Assembly: GCA_030390025.1 (NCBI GenBank)
Contig: CM059432.1
Location: 75,828,001-75,892,000 of the forward strand
DNA length: 64,000 nt
Direction: 5' to 3'
Origin: Squalus acanthias
Taxonomy: Eukaryota
The notes beneath the pieces are model-generated. The model did not search any database. It saw only the letters and a program-made list of their open reading frames with translations, and had not been told where the DNA came from. This document shows positions 24,059 to 36,234 of the stretch, in pieces. The first letter of the stretch is position 1. Each line of letters begins with the position of its first letter. Position numbers and translations under genes: made by a program.

Positions 24059-25233
24059 TAGATTGAGAAAGTCTTCATTTTCAGACAGCCCTAATGATCC
24101 TAGGTGAAATATAGTTGGGCAGTCTCAATCCATTTCCCTATAGATGCTGGTCCACTGCATACAGTTGCCCACAATTTGACATTAATTGGTATTAAATTGG
24201 GAATCTCACTCAAGAGACGTGATTGCTTGTTTAGGAAGCAGAAATATTACATTGTTGTAGCAATGGTTACTCTGGGCAGATAGTCAGGATAGTGTAGAGG
24301 GAGTTTCCCTGCATCGAACCCATAGCCATGGCCACTAGAAAATTGTGGCCGTGTTTAATTGCAGAATATGAGCAAATAGTGCCACCCCATGAAAAGTGCA
24401 CCATTCTTCCCACCTTGCCTCTCAGCACCACTTCCAGGTGCTGCTGTTGTTGCTGCTCTGGGAATAGAAATCTGCTGCAACTGTGAATGGAAATTCTTGA
24501 CCTTGCAATAGTTTTGTGAGATGAGGAGTTTGTGCCTGTAGCAAGCAGCAGAGTGAATTCCTCTGGAACTGTAAATCAAGGAAGACTGACTCTGAACTGG
24601 AGGGGAACCAAAACAATGGCCATACCTTAGGTACACTTGGGTTATTTTCCGACATTGCACTGCTTGGCTGGAAGCTCCTTACCCCAGTCGCACATATCAG
24701 AAATTTGGGCGTGCAAAGTTGGAAAATTGCTCTTTTGATGCTAAGACTTGATACTAAGAATAGAAAAGTATTCCATTCTCCATCATTGACATCCTCTATC
24801 TTGAACGGCATGTATTTTGCTTAAGAAAGTACACAACTTCTCCACCATCCCAAACATAGGCTAAAATTTCTGCTACCGATATTAGTGGATGAACAGATAA
24901 TGAGTTCTTGTGTCTACTGTTTTAACTGAAGCATTAACCCATTTAAAATAAATAAGGAATTAAACTGGCAAAAGGAAATGTCAGAATTGATTTTAGAAAT
25001 CATTTGATCGCACAATGAATGATTGATAACTGGAATGATTTTCTAGGTAGGGTAGTAGAGACAAAACTCTGGAATCATTCAAGATGCAGTGAATGTTTTC
25101 ATAGGTTCCTATGGAAAGATACTTCATCTTTGTGAAATGGGTTAAAGCATCTCCTAAAATAGCCAACCAAGGAATGCTGGGCCAACAATGTGATTTTATT
25201 TTGTTAAGTGTTTGCATTTTTATTTCTATTTAA

Positions 25234-25413
<180 letters not shown>

Positions 25414-26168
25414 TAAGTAAGGTTTGGTGTTTTAATATAATGATACTAATCCACAGGAATAGAAACTAAATTAATAAATTAACCTACCCTCATTACTTGC
25501 TGTGCAATTTTAATACTTATTATTATAGCCTATCAGTCATTCTACTGCAGTTGAACCTTGTAACTACAAACTCAAAAGGTGCACAATAATAATTCTTAAT
25601 AACGTTTGAACTCTTATTGTATTAATGGAGCCACAGACAGGACTGAGGATAAAAACATGCGCTAGAAGAAGGAATGTGTAGTAGTTGAGTTCTGTTGTAT
25701 TTAGGTGCTGTATACTGCTCAATATACCACTGCTTTAAATGCATACCAGCGATTGCTTGCATTGGTGCATGCTTGGAGAAACAGTCAGAACTCAGTACTA
25801 ATATGCTAATACTTTAAACCAACAGCAGAAACATGGAGTATATGATCTACATTCTTAAAACATTTCAAATTTAGCAACTTTAATCTTAGTTACAGCTGGC
25901 ATAGTATTTAAAATGATAATGGAAACCTTCTTGCATTATTATTGTTTTAGAAGGCTCTTATTGAATCGTTAATGTCAGTGCAGTACTGTGCTGACTCTGA
26001 TATCACCACCATCACTCAGCGAGACCATAGTGTGGCTGATAATGGGAAGTGGAAATGTTCATACTGGCGCTGTATTGGAAGCCACTCTTAGCTCAGAGGG
26101 TTAAAGCATATTATTGATGGAGAGTGAAGGGAATTTTGCCAACTGAAATTAAATTTGACCTAACCTAT

Positions 26169-27860
26169 AGGGGTGATTTTAACCCATCTCGCCTGGCAGG
26201 AATGGGGTGGTTCACTGTTAAAATTGCTTCAGAGTACTTACCGACCCGTTCCCACTGCTTTCCTGCTGACCACCATTTTAACCGCACACTTGTTTTATTT
26301 GGCCAAAGCACCTGCTGGAGACAGGTGGGGCCTCGTGAATGTATGCAAATCGGGGTCATATGATGTCATTAGGACCTCAACGTGATCTTAATACAAAATT
26401 GTGGAAGTCCCAACCAGTACCCAACCCGCTAGTAAAATCTAACAGGATTGATTTCCATGGGCCACTGGAAGCACTATTTAAAGGGGCACTCACCTGCAGG
26501 CAATTGGATTATAGGGCTGTGTGTGTCATCGTGCTGTTCAAATTGCCAGTAGAGTTTTCAGCTTCCAGATTGCTTCCTTCTGAGATTTTTTGACTTACTT
26601 ACCTTGATTAAGCTCTCACAGCTTATCATGGCTGCCATTATAGTCACATTAACTTGGATGGAGGAAGAGCTGGAGCAAGAGGAGCAGCAAACAGCAGGTG
26701 GCCTATAAGAACACAGCAGGTGAGTGGGCTGTATATAGGAGGCCTTATCCAGACCAGAGGGTCGAGAGGCCAAGAGTCACTTTTCTGTTGCTATCTGAGA
26801 AGCAGTGCATTAGGAGGTTGAGCTTCTCCAGGCAGGCTGTTCCAGACCTCTGCAGCCTGTAACAGGCCCTGCTGCACCAGGTGGCTATGCTTTGCCAGTG
26901 GCTGCCAAAGCCACCACAGCTCTTAACTTCCCTGACATTGGCTCATTCCAGGCTGCTACAGGGGACAGCTGCATATCCCAATCTGCAGCACAGCTGCAAT
27001 AAGCAGATCACCAATGTCCTATTGGCCAGTACATCACTTTGCCCATTGATGTCAACAAGAATGAGTTCAGCAATTTACAGTAGTGGCTGGTCACCCATTG
27101 CATCCAGGGTGTGATTGACTGCACACATGTTGCCATCAGGGCACCAGACAGCAGCCTTTGTAAATAGGAAGTGCTATCACTCAATTAATGTGCAACTCAT
27201 CTCCAAATCACAGAAACAGGATAACTGTGTGTATCTCATTAACCAATCAGATTGAGGGATTGTGAAATTAACAGCGCAAGGACTGAGAAGGAAGTGTAAA
27301 TTAGAGTGGGTGAAATCAATGTCAAGTCAGGTATAGAAAGAGAAATAAAGAGAGGGAAAGATTGGATTAAGAGATAGAAAAAAAAGAGACAGAAAGGAAA
27401 AGTAAAAAAATTAAAATTTTAAATGACATTTTTAAAATCTCCAACAATTAATACCTGATGGAATAAGACTCCACACTTATAATAGTTGCCAGAGAGGTTG
27501 ATTGGCAGTAATTAACATTATCACATTGTTAAAAGGGTACTTAGAATTAAAATGATGCACCATTCAACTATCCCCCCATTATTGGACCCTTGCAGGAATG
27601 TGACAGAATGTCATCGGGGGGGACAAGGGATACCCCCCTACATACGTGGCTCATGACACCCTCGGCAACCCCACCACACCTGAACAACACAGGTTTAATA
27701 AGAGCCATGGGACCACTAGGATTATAATTGAGCACACCAAAGGGCTCCTCAAAGGTTCGGGTGTCTCAACAGGTCTGGGGCTCCCTGCAATTAGCCCCAC
27801 TAAGAGTCTCCTGTGTCATAGTGGTGTGCTGCATCCTGCATAACCTTGTCAACCAGAGAG
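26169..27860 (+). mobile_element. Highly degenerate Harbinger transposase remnant
   Basis: IDCTHVAIRAP (~27113), NRKCYHSINVQL, DKGYP..TWLMTP, SHGTTRIIIEHTKGLLK; interrupted by another repeat at ~27220-27560. Confidence 0.75.
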
Positions 27861-28079
27861 GCCTGCATTTGGAGGAGGTTTACTAACTCTGTTACTCCTA
27901 TGAGGTGCTCCCCTAGCGGCCTCAGCAAAGCTGGATGGGGAAGTTATAAATGGAAAGTCAAATGGCCAGAATGTGGTGAGGAAGGAGTCCTGAGAGAAGT
28001 TGCTGGTTCTGCAAGAGTTACCACGTGTGAAGAGAATGCTGTTGGTGCCTGGTGTGAGAACAGCAAAGGAAGAGGTATC

Positions 28080-28415
28080 ATAGAATCGTAGAATAATACA
28101 GCACGGAAGAAGACCATTCGGCCCATTGTGCCTGTGCCAGCTCTCTAAAAGAGCTATTCAATTAGTCCCTGCTCTTCCCCATAGTCCTGCAAATTTTTCC
28201 TTTTCCAGTATATATCTAATTTCTTATTGAAAGTTACAATTGAATCTGCTTCTACCACCCTTTCAGGCAGTGCATTCCAGATCATAACCACTCGATGCAT
28301 AAAAAAAATTCTCCTCATTCGCCCAGGCTTTTTTGCCAATTGTCTTAAATCTGTGTCCTCTGGTTACTGACTCTCCTGCCAGTGGAAACAGTTTCTCCCT
28401 ATCTATTCTATCAAA
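28080..28415 (-). mobile_element. CR1 LINE 3' fragment
   Basis: Minus strand encodes RVVMIWNALPERVVEADS; CR1 tail. Confidence 0.85.
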
Positions 28416-28869
28416 ACACCATTATTTAAGCATTTTTCTTTCATTTTTCTACAAAAGGCACTTTGGAAACTATTCCAACATCCAAAACACAACTGAAAGT
28501 TCTGTATTAAAACTTTAGTGTCTATTACTTTAATAGATAGAAAGGGAAAAAAATATTTTCAGCACAGTCCATCAGACAGGATAAATAGTATTTTTGACAA
28601 AATCATAACACCACAGATAATCCAGGACTCTTCTGATGTACGTCTATAAGAAACATGGTTAAAACTGCCGGCAGAGAGGAAACTTTCATCCCATCATTCT
28701 GGTCAGGATTCAAACCCAGATCCCATAGATTAAAGGACAGGATTTAAACCTCAGTACCACCTGGTCCTCTATGTAAAAAAACAACGTTTGAATACATTGT
28801 TCAGTCATTCATTAGCTCGATCTAGGTAAAAATATAGCTGAAGAAAGTTTGCTTAGTTTATAACCCATA

Positions 28870-29529
28870 GGGCTGGATTTTCATTGACCCGTGGAGGTGG
28901 GTTTGGAGGCGTGTGGGGGGTTAAAATTGCGAAAACTGGCGGGCGGGCACAAGTCCGCCTCCACGCAATTTTCATTAAATCGTGTCTGCTGGTCCCGACT
29001 CCGTCCTGCCTCTAAGAGGTGGGATAGGCTGTTAAAGCCCTTAACAAGCACTAAATTGGCTCTATAATGCCATTTTGAAAGGCCTTTGTGATTTTAACCC
29101 TTGTTCTATGTGAAGCACGCCTGTTCTGAACCACGATTGTGAACCCTGGCGGGAGCACATTTGGGGCGGGCGGGCTGGCTGGCTGGCTATGGGGATGCAT
29201 ATGTGGATGGATAGAGAGGAGACATATCTGGGAGTGGTGGTGTCAAAATATCTGGGAGCAGACTTAGGGCTGCTGCTTATTTTGCAGGTCCTCTCACAGC
29301 AAAGGCCAGGCAGTCCTTGCAGACCTTCAATGCAGCAGCAATGATGACATCATCAGAGGCGACTTTCAGACTGAAAACACTAATTGGTTCATGGGTTCCC
29401 ACATGCTGGAACTCAATTGCCCAATTAGGTGAAAATTGCATCAATCTCCCACATCCAATTGCAGTCGGGTGGATAACACGAAAAGTGGATGACACGACCC
29501 CAACCCGCCCCAGTATCAAAATCCAGCCC
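28870..29529. mobile_element. Harbinger MITE, deletion derivative of the 6079-9321 family
   Basis: Perfect 12-bp TIR gggctggatttt / aaaatccagccc; TSD ata; both subterminal regions align to those of 6079-9321. Confidence 0.85.
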
Positions 29530-31084
29530 ATAGCATCTGAATGCTGTGCATTATTCTCAGATTTGCTATTGCTTCACTGATGTACCATGGCACACACTTG
29601 CACCAGTTTTGAGATCAGCTGAGTGTCACTGAAGATTTGTTTTACAGGATTACACAAACAATGGAATTTGCATTTGCCCAGCAACATATTTGAAAATTGG
29701 GCCTGGAGTCGGGGAAAATCCTCAGATAATATAATATTCCCTTCATGTGGTGCCTACTTCGTTAAGTAACTCCGGGGAGGGAAGCAAGGCTGTAAGGAGA
29801 TTGTATAGAGAACAACAAACACACAGAATAAAAAAGATAGGAAGTAAAAAAGGCTTTAAAAAATGAATGAGTGATCGAAGCAGATGGTATTTAAAATTAG
29901 TGTTTTGAAGTCAGGATTAATTATATTAATTTAAATCTGCAGCAAAAATCATTTTGATAAGGAATAAGAACATATCCCTAGGGAGACTAAACAACATTAT
30001 ATTATATTTATTCATAGGCCACAGATAATGAGCTTCTCAGAGTGCCGACTTAGTCAGGAGTTTGTTCTGAATTTCCCCATAGATAAGAAAAAAATTAAGA
30101 GGTTGAAAATGATTTTATTTCAAAGGCTAAAAACAGCATCTCACTCCAAAAAAATGATGTAAAAAGGTTAGAGTTGGATTATATTTATTTGTAGGCCAGA
30201 AACTGATGAGTTTCCTTAGTTGGGGCTTTGCTTCCTTTTGTCCTTCTAGACAAGCAAATTAATCGCAACTGTTACTGTTCATTTTTCAAAGACCATATTA
30301 TTAATGACTGGAGAGGACAAGTGAAAAATTAGGTTACATCATGTGGCGGAGCCTACTTTACTCTGTTATTATTCATTTATCATTAATTTTCAAAAAGACC
30401 AATCTTTCCTACTTTCAGCAATATAGTCAAATTGCAGCTTATGGTAAAACATAATCAGGACACTTTTTAGGTCAAATTTCATGCTTTTTTATTGTACCTG
30501 AATAGATCAGACCTCTAACCGAAAGGATATTGTGAGCTTGTTTCTAATTTCTAATCATAACACATTTTTCCCAGCAGCCTTGATTGCTGCTTCAAATATA
30601 CTGTTTCAAGGGCCTTGATTCAACAGTGTTTAACAACAGAGTTGAAAAGGAAAACTAAGTTTTGGAAATTTGGAATAAAAATAGGAAATCGAGATCAGAT
30701 CGATCAGCAGCTTAAACTGATAAACGAGGTTAATGTTTCAGTTGACATTCTTCCCCAGCACTGGCCAGTGCTGGGACTATGCACCTTTAGTAAACTCTAT
30801 GGGGGTGAAATTGGATAAAGCTTAAAAATGGGCATGGGGAGTGCGAAGTGCGATGGGCCCGCGCCCGTTCAAAGTGGTGTAGGCAGCATGCAAAATTCCT
30901 GCTGCCTGTTCATTATAATGATTGGAGCGCTGATCTCAGCACTAAACGCGCTGCTGGTTGGCTTAGTGCTCAACAGGGGGGCCAATACCGGGTCTAATGG
31001 CCAATAACGTTTGGCCTAGGCTTGCTGCACTACTTAAAAGGGAGGTGATTTGTTGCAGAAGCACCTCATTGTCAGTGTGAAGCC

Positions 31085-32993
31085 ATGGCCCAACAGGAAA
31101 GAAAGAGAGAGCAAAGAGGTTCTTTGATGCGGCACTGGAGGCCTGGGACCTGGGGGTGCACAGACAACGTCAGTTCCTCTACCCGCAGGGGGACAGGAGG
31201 CCTTCCAGGCAGCACGCCGGAAGGAGGAAATAGCACAAGCTGTCACTGCGACGAGTGTTGTCCCCAGGACCTGGATCCAGTGCCGCAAGAAATTTAATGA
31301 CCTCAGACAAGGCATCTTCAAATGCCATATCCCACCAACTGCACCACTAGCTTTGCACACTGCTCAATGCACCACACCCCCATCACTCACCTACCAACAA
31401 TCTCTAGTAATTACGATTCATACCTCAATCATAGCTTCACCTCACACACTTGCCATTGCTGCAAGACTCACACCCACATCTCACATCTTGCACACACTGC
31501 CAGCTATTCAACCATGGCAGGAACATCACCCAAACACATTGCACCACAATCACTGAGACACTTCCCTTTCTCTTACAGGCAAAGGTGGCACACAACCGCC
31601 ATGAGCAGCAGCAGACGGGCAGAGGGGAAGCTCGACTTCACAGAGCTGGAGAACAAAGTGCTGGAGATAATTGGTGGGGCCGTCACTGAGACCGTGGCGA
31701 GCGACGAGTTTGAAAGCATTGCTGATGATGACAGTATGCTCATACCTAATCCTTCTTCTCACATCCCACTTGCCCCTCATCCCACAATCTCTTCTCACTT
31801 ACAAGCTGATGATGGTGTAAGTATGAACATCTTGTTCCCCCCCCTCACCACAACCCGACCCTTCAGCCTTTCTCCTTTCAGATACCCAAGACATGCCACC
31901 AGCACAGCCTGTCCCCGATGTAATGGAGGAGGAGAATGAAGGAGAAGAGAAGCACCGTCACTCGATCTGACACTCCCATGCACCAACTCAGAAAATGGCA
32001 CTGTGCGGACTTTAGAGGATAGGATAGAGGCGGGATCTGCACATGGTGAGTCACTGCGCCCAAGTGGGCTACAGCCAGGCAGGGTAGCTCAGGTGCCAGC
32101 TCCCCGGAGTGCGAGTTTGCGCATGAGTTATGCTGCACAGGACTCAGGTGATGACTTCAATGGAGCAGCCTTCAGAAGAAGGGTGATGGCCATGCACACA
32201 GGAATGCTTGATGCAATGGCAGGCCTGCCAGAGAGCCTCTTGTCAGTGTCAAGGAGCATGGAGGAGTCCGGCTCCAACATTGCATGATGTTTTGTGCAGA
32301 GCCCATGATTTCCAGGATGGATATGATGGGCAACTCCATTAGGGAACTTGTGGACCCAAACATGATGCTTGGTGTGATTGGCGATCTCGCGGCATCCATT
32401 GCAGCACAGGCAGAAGCGACCCAACGTCTCAGTGCTGCAGTGGAAGCTCAGATTACTCTCCTGCAGTCTCCGCTTGCTTCCGCACAAACTCAGCCTGCCC
32501 TCATGCAGTCTCAGCTGGCTGCCATGCAAGATCAGACTGCTGCCATCGTGGCTGGGTTTATGCATGTGGATAAGGGCTTGCAGGGTCTCTCAGCAGTCCA
32601 GCAATCTGTGCTCCAACAGATGGCTAGGAATGCTGATGCACCTCCCGGGGGAGTGGCAGTGGCTCCATAGAGCAAGAACCTAATGTCCTCACTCAGGATG
32701 CCAACATTCCTACCACCACCACTGCCACTCTGCCAGTGCCCTTGCAGCTGCCTGCCAGCCAGCCAGCCCAGACTGCTGCCACCCATGCCGAGGAGGTGCA
32801 GTCTACAGCTGGGCCTTCTAGGCCCAGAACTGCTTGAGGTCATCCTGCAAGGCTATCTGCAGTCTCACCCACAGAAAGTCAGCAGCCTTCCACCAGTAAT
32901 GCTGCAGCCACTGGGGTAGCACTGTGTAGGAGCACTAGACTAAGCAAAGGAACACAAAAGATAGACACTAAGGGAATGCACAAGGGTGATTAG
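31085..32993 (+). pseudogene. Harbinger Myb/SANT gene, spliced (acceptors before 31579 and 31882), frameshifted
   Basis: EIAQAVTATSVVPRTWIQCRKKFNDL in exon 1; cttacag|AKVAHNRHEQQQTG in exon 2; ctttcag|atacccaag exon 3 with an acidic then coiled-coil-like region. Confidence 0.75.
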
Positions 32994-33187
32994 TTGACAT
33001 TTTGTAGTTTGGCATTGATAAATTTATAAATTATGTTTGGAATGTTTGTTTTGTGGTGGCTCTCATTTCAGCTTCGTGCCCAGGAGGACGCTGTGATGTT
33101 CCGTGACAGAGGGATGGTAACGTGGGGAAGTGGTGAGCAACGGGGATCTGGGGTTTGATTCAGGGGAACCGGATTCTGATGAGGTGC

Positions 33188-34245
33188 TCACAGACAGCCC
33201 GTCCAGAACTGGGATCTGCTGTCAGCCTCTTCCTCCTCCTCCTGAGGTGGTTCCGGAACCCATGGTAGCAAGGGCTGGGCCCTCATGATGGCCAAGTTGT
33301 GGAGCATGCAGAAGAGCACAGTGAAATGGGACACCTGTTCCAGTGTGTAGTGGAAGGCTCCTCCCGAGCGATCAAGGCAGCAGAACCATTGCTTCAGAAC
33401 CCCGATGGTCTGCTCAATAAGGTTCCTGGTGGCAGCATGGCTGTCATTATATGAGTGCTGGCTATGAGTGGTGGGGTTGTGGAGGGGAGTCATCAGGCAG
33501 GTCTCGAGCGGATAGCCCTTGTCTTCAAGCAGCCACCCTTGAGTTCGACGTGGTGGCTGGAAGATTGCTGGCACATCGGACTGATGCAGGATGAAGGCAT
33601 CATGATGTGCTGGGCGTGGTCGCACACCAACTACACATTAAGTGAGTGGTAGCCTTTGCGGTCGTGGTACATCTCAGGATTCATATGCCATGCCCACAAA
33701 CCCATGTTTCTCCAGTCGATTGTTGCCTGCACCATTAGGAAGCCCAATATTTTGGCAAAGCCACATGCGCGCTCCTCCTGCTTCTCTCTGTTCAGAGAGA
33801 AGACAATGAAATCAATCCTCCTGGAGTACAGAGCTTTTGTGACCTCCTGGATGCAGCAATAGACGGTGAACTGGGAGATGTTAGCTGTACCTCCTGCTCC
33901 AGCGTGGAAGGATCCGTTGGCGAAAAAATTGAGGGCCACGGTGACCTTGAGGGCCATTGGCAGCGCGGTCATCGCCCTGTTCTGAGGCTGCAGGTCTGGT
34001 TTCAGGAGGTGGCAGAGTTCTGCGACCACCTCCTTGGTGAAGCGGAGCCTCCTAATGCACTGCTCCTGGCTTAGGTGCGGGTAGGAGCAGTGCTCCCTGA
34101 AGACCTTAGGTGGGATTATGCCTCCTGCTGAGAGGCCTCCTGCCCCTCCTCCTCCCTCTGCAAGCATCTTGTCCTCTTCTTCACTGCCTCTGCTTCATCT
34201 TCCTGTCATACCCGAGTGCGAGGGGACTGCAAGTAGAGCCCCCAT
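33188..34245 (-). pseudogene. Harbinger (HARBI1-like, DDE_Tnp_4) transposase, disrupted
   Basis: CIRRLRF...LKVTVALNFFANGSF...ATID...RKGYHSLNV*...HDAFIL...WLLEDKGYP...LMTP...HAATRNLIEQTIGVLK..F..LD...CMLHN. Confidence 0.92.
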
Positions 34246-34880
34246 GACTGGGAGCAAGTGGTCTGAGCAGAACCCTTTAAATGAGAAGCAAGGCCTTCTC
34301 CACTTGCAGCAACACTCCGTCACCTCACCAACTTGAGATAACAGTAGAAAGCTGCAAACAGTTGCACTAACTTGCACAGAGCCAGTACAAATCAAAAAGC
34401 AAGTCACCTGCAAGTTGTTGCTGATCCCTTTAAATAGCGCTGCTGGGAGGCCCTTCCTGCTGCTGAACGCACGTTCAGCCGTTCGTGATTTGGAGAGGGC
34501 GTTGAATGGAGTGGCGACGTCGAAAATGGCAGGCCATGCGTTAAATCAGTGTTGCTCACTCATTGACGTCATGATCTGCCTCATTACCATTTCTCCAGTG
34601 AGCGCAGGCAACGGCCGTGCTGCCAACCTGCCCAAAATGGAGGCCACTGCAGGACCTGCTGGAAGTGGGCGGAAGCGAGGAGGCCATCATTTTTCCTCCG
34701 AAACCAGCCTGATCAGCTGGCGCTAGGGTGCCGAATTTCACAGCCTCTGTATATTATAATGTCACACTGAAGCAGTAGAAGGTGTTCTTCTGAGATAAAA
34801 ACAGAAAATGCTGGAGATACTCAGCAGGTCAGGCAGCATCTGTTAAGAGAGAAACAGAGTTAACGTTTCAGGTTGATGAT

Positions 34881-35243
34881 GTAATGTGGAAAACGCGGCA
34901 GCCAATTTGCACACAGCAAGCTCCCACAAACAGCAATGTGATAATGACCAGATAATCTGTTTTTAGTTATGTTGATTGAGGGATAAATATTGGCCAGGAC
35001 ACCGGGGATAACTTTCCTGCTCTTCTTCGAAATAGTGCCATGGGATCTTTTCTGTCCACCTGAGAGGAGGCGAGGCCTTGGTTTAACGTCTCATCTGAAG
35101 GACGGCACCTCCGACAGTGCAGCACTCCCTCAGCACTGCACTGGAGTGTCAGCCTAGATTTGTGTGCTCAAGTTCCATGGAGTGGGACTTGAACCCACAA
35201 CCTTCTGACTCAGAGGCGAGAGTGCTACCCACTGAGTCACAGC
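34881..35243 (-). mobile_element. Deu-domain SINE (SacSINE1/AmnSINE1-like)
   Basis: tRNA-like head on the minus strand (B-box gggttcaagtccc); Deu-domain-type 'gtttaacgtctcatctgaaggacggcacctccgacagtgcagcactccctcag'; abuts a truncated PLE end at 34795-34880. Confidence 0.8.
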
Positions 35244-36054
35244 TTGACTTGAATTGAAATGAATATTGGGCAGGTACTAAAACTGGTGGGCGATCTGCTC
35301 TGCCACTTTACCACCCAAACGGTGAAGGTGAAAATTGACCCCTTGAATTGATCTTACTGCTGCACTTCAGGAATTGGAGCAAGGACAGAAACCCAGTAGC
35401 TACAGCTTAGTAACTATTATTGAAAGATTGAGCAGTCACATTTTGCTTCTTGGAAAATATTCAGTTAGTAATGGTTGACTGCTAAAGTTATTTACAGTAA
35501 CAAAATGCAACTTTAGTATATGATTTGTGTCAATGATTAAAAGAATGATTGAGACATCACTGTGATGAAAGTGAAATAAAGTGAACATGAGTATTAAAAA
35601 TAGAAAAATGTGCAATGCAAAATTGGGCCAAAATAACAAATCACTGGGTACTAATGAGTTTTTTCTCTTTCTGCCAACGCGATTGGAGAGAACAGAATTA
35701 TAAAGGTCTTTCAGTTTCTAAATAATGCACATGTCTGGAAAATGGATTTCCTTAATTTGACATTTTTTTCCCTTATTTCAACAAATTATTGTTTCTGAAA
35801 ACTAGCGAATTGTTTTGTTGAGCAAAGAGATACCCTAAGGGAAGAAATGATCAATACAACCACTGACACAATGATTATTAAATTCTCCTTTTCTGCAAAT
35901 ATGATCCTTCGTGAAATTATAGAGGTCTACATGCACATTACATGCTGCATGCCTTTATTTAGTCACTTTCTTTTGTTAACATAGAGATAGAAATAGTCTT
36001 CCGTATGAATTCATACGACTAACTTTGGAAGTAGGGCAGTTGTCACCAGACTTT

Positions 36055-36234
36055 GGGAGTGAAATTCAACTTTGGCGGGAGGCGCAAAATGGGCGGTAGT
36101 GAATCGACCGCCCGTTATACAGCCCGCCCAATATTCCTTTACAGTGACTTCAGTGGAAATCGGGCAGGGTGTATAACAGGCGGTCAATTCACTACTGCCA
36201 GTTTACACCCCTGCCAAAGCTGAATTTCACCCCC
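36055..36234. mobile_element. Fold-back MITE (180 bp, long TIRs)
   Basis: gggagtgaaattc...gttatac pairs with gtataac...gaatttcaccccc; TSD ttt. Confidence 0.8.

Larger units (their letters stand above)
30801..34745. mobile_element. Near full-length, decayed PIF/Harbinger transposon (convergent Myb and transposase genes)
   Basis: Imperfect TIRs gggggtgaaattg / cgaatttcacagcc; flanks tat / tct; both genes recognisable. Confidence 0.85.

Noticed and set aside
33188..34245. Domesticated host HARBI1 gene
   Set aside because: Contains stops, deletions and degenerate catalytic motifs, and lies between TIRs with a Myb partner, so it is a decayed transposon
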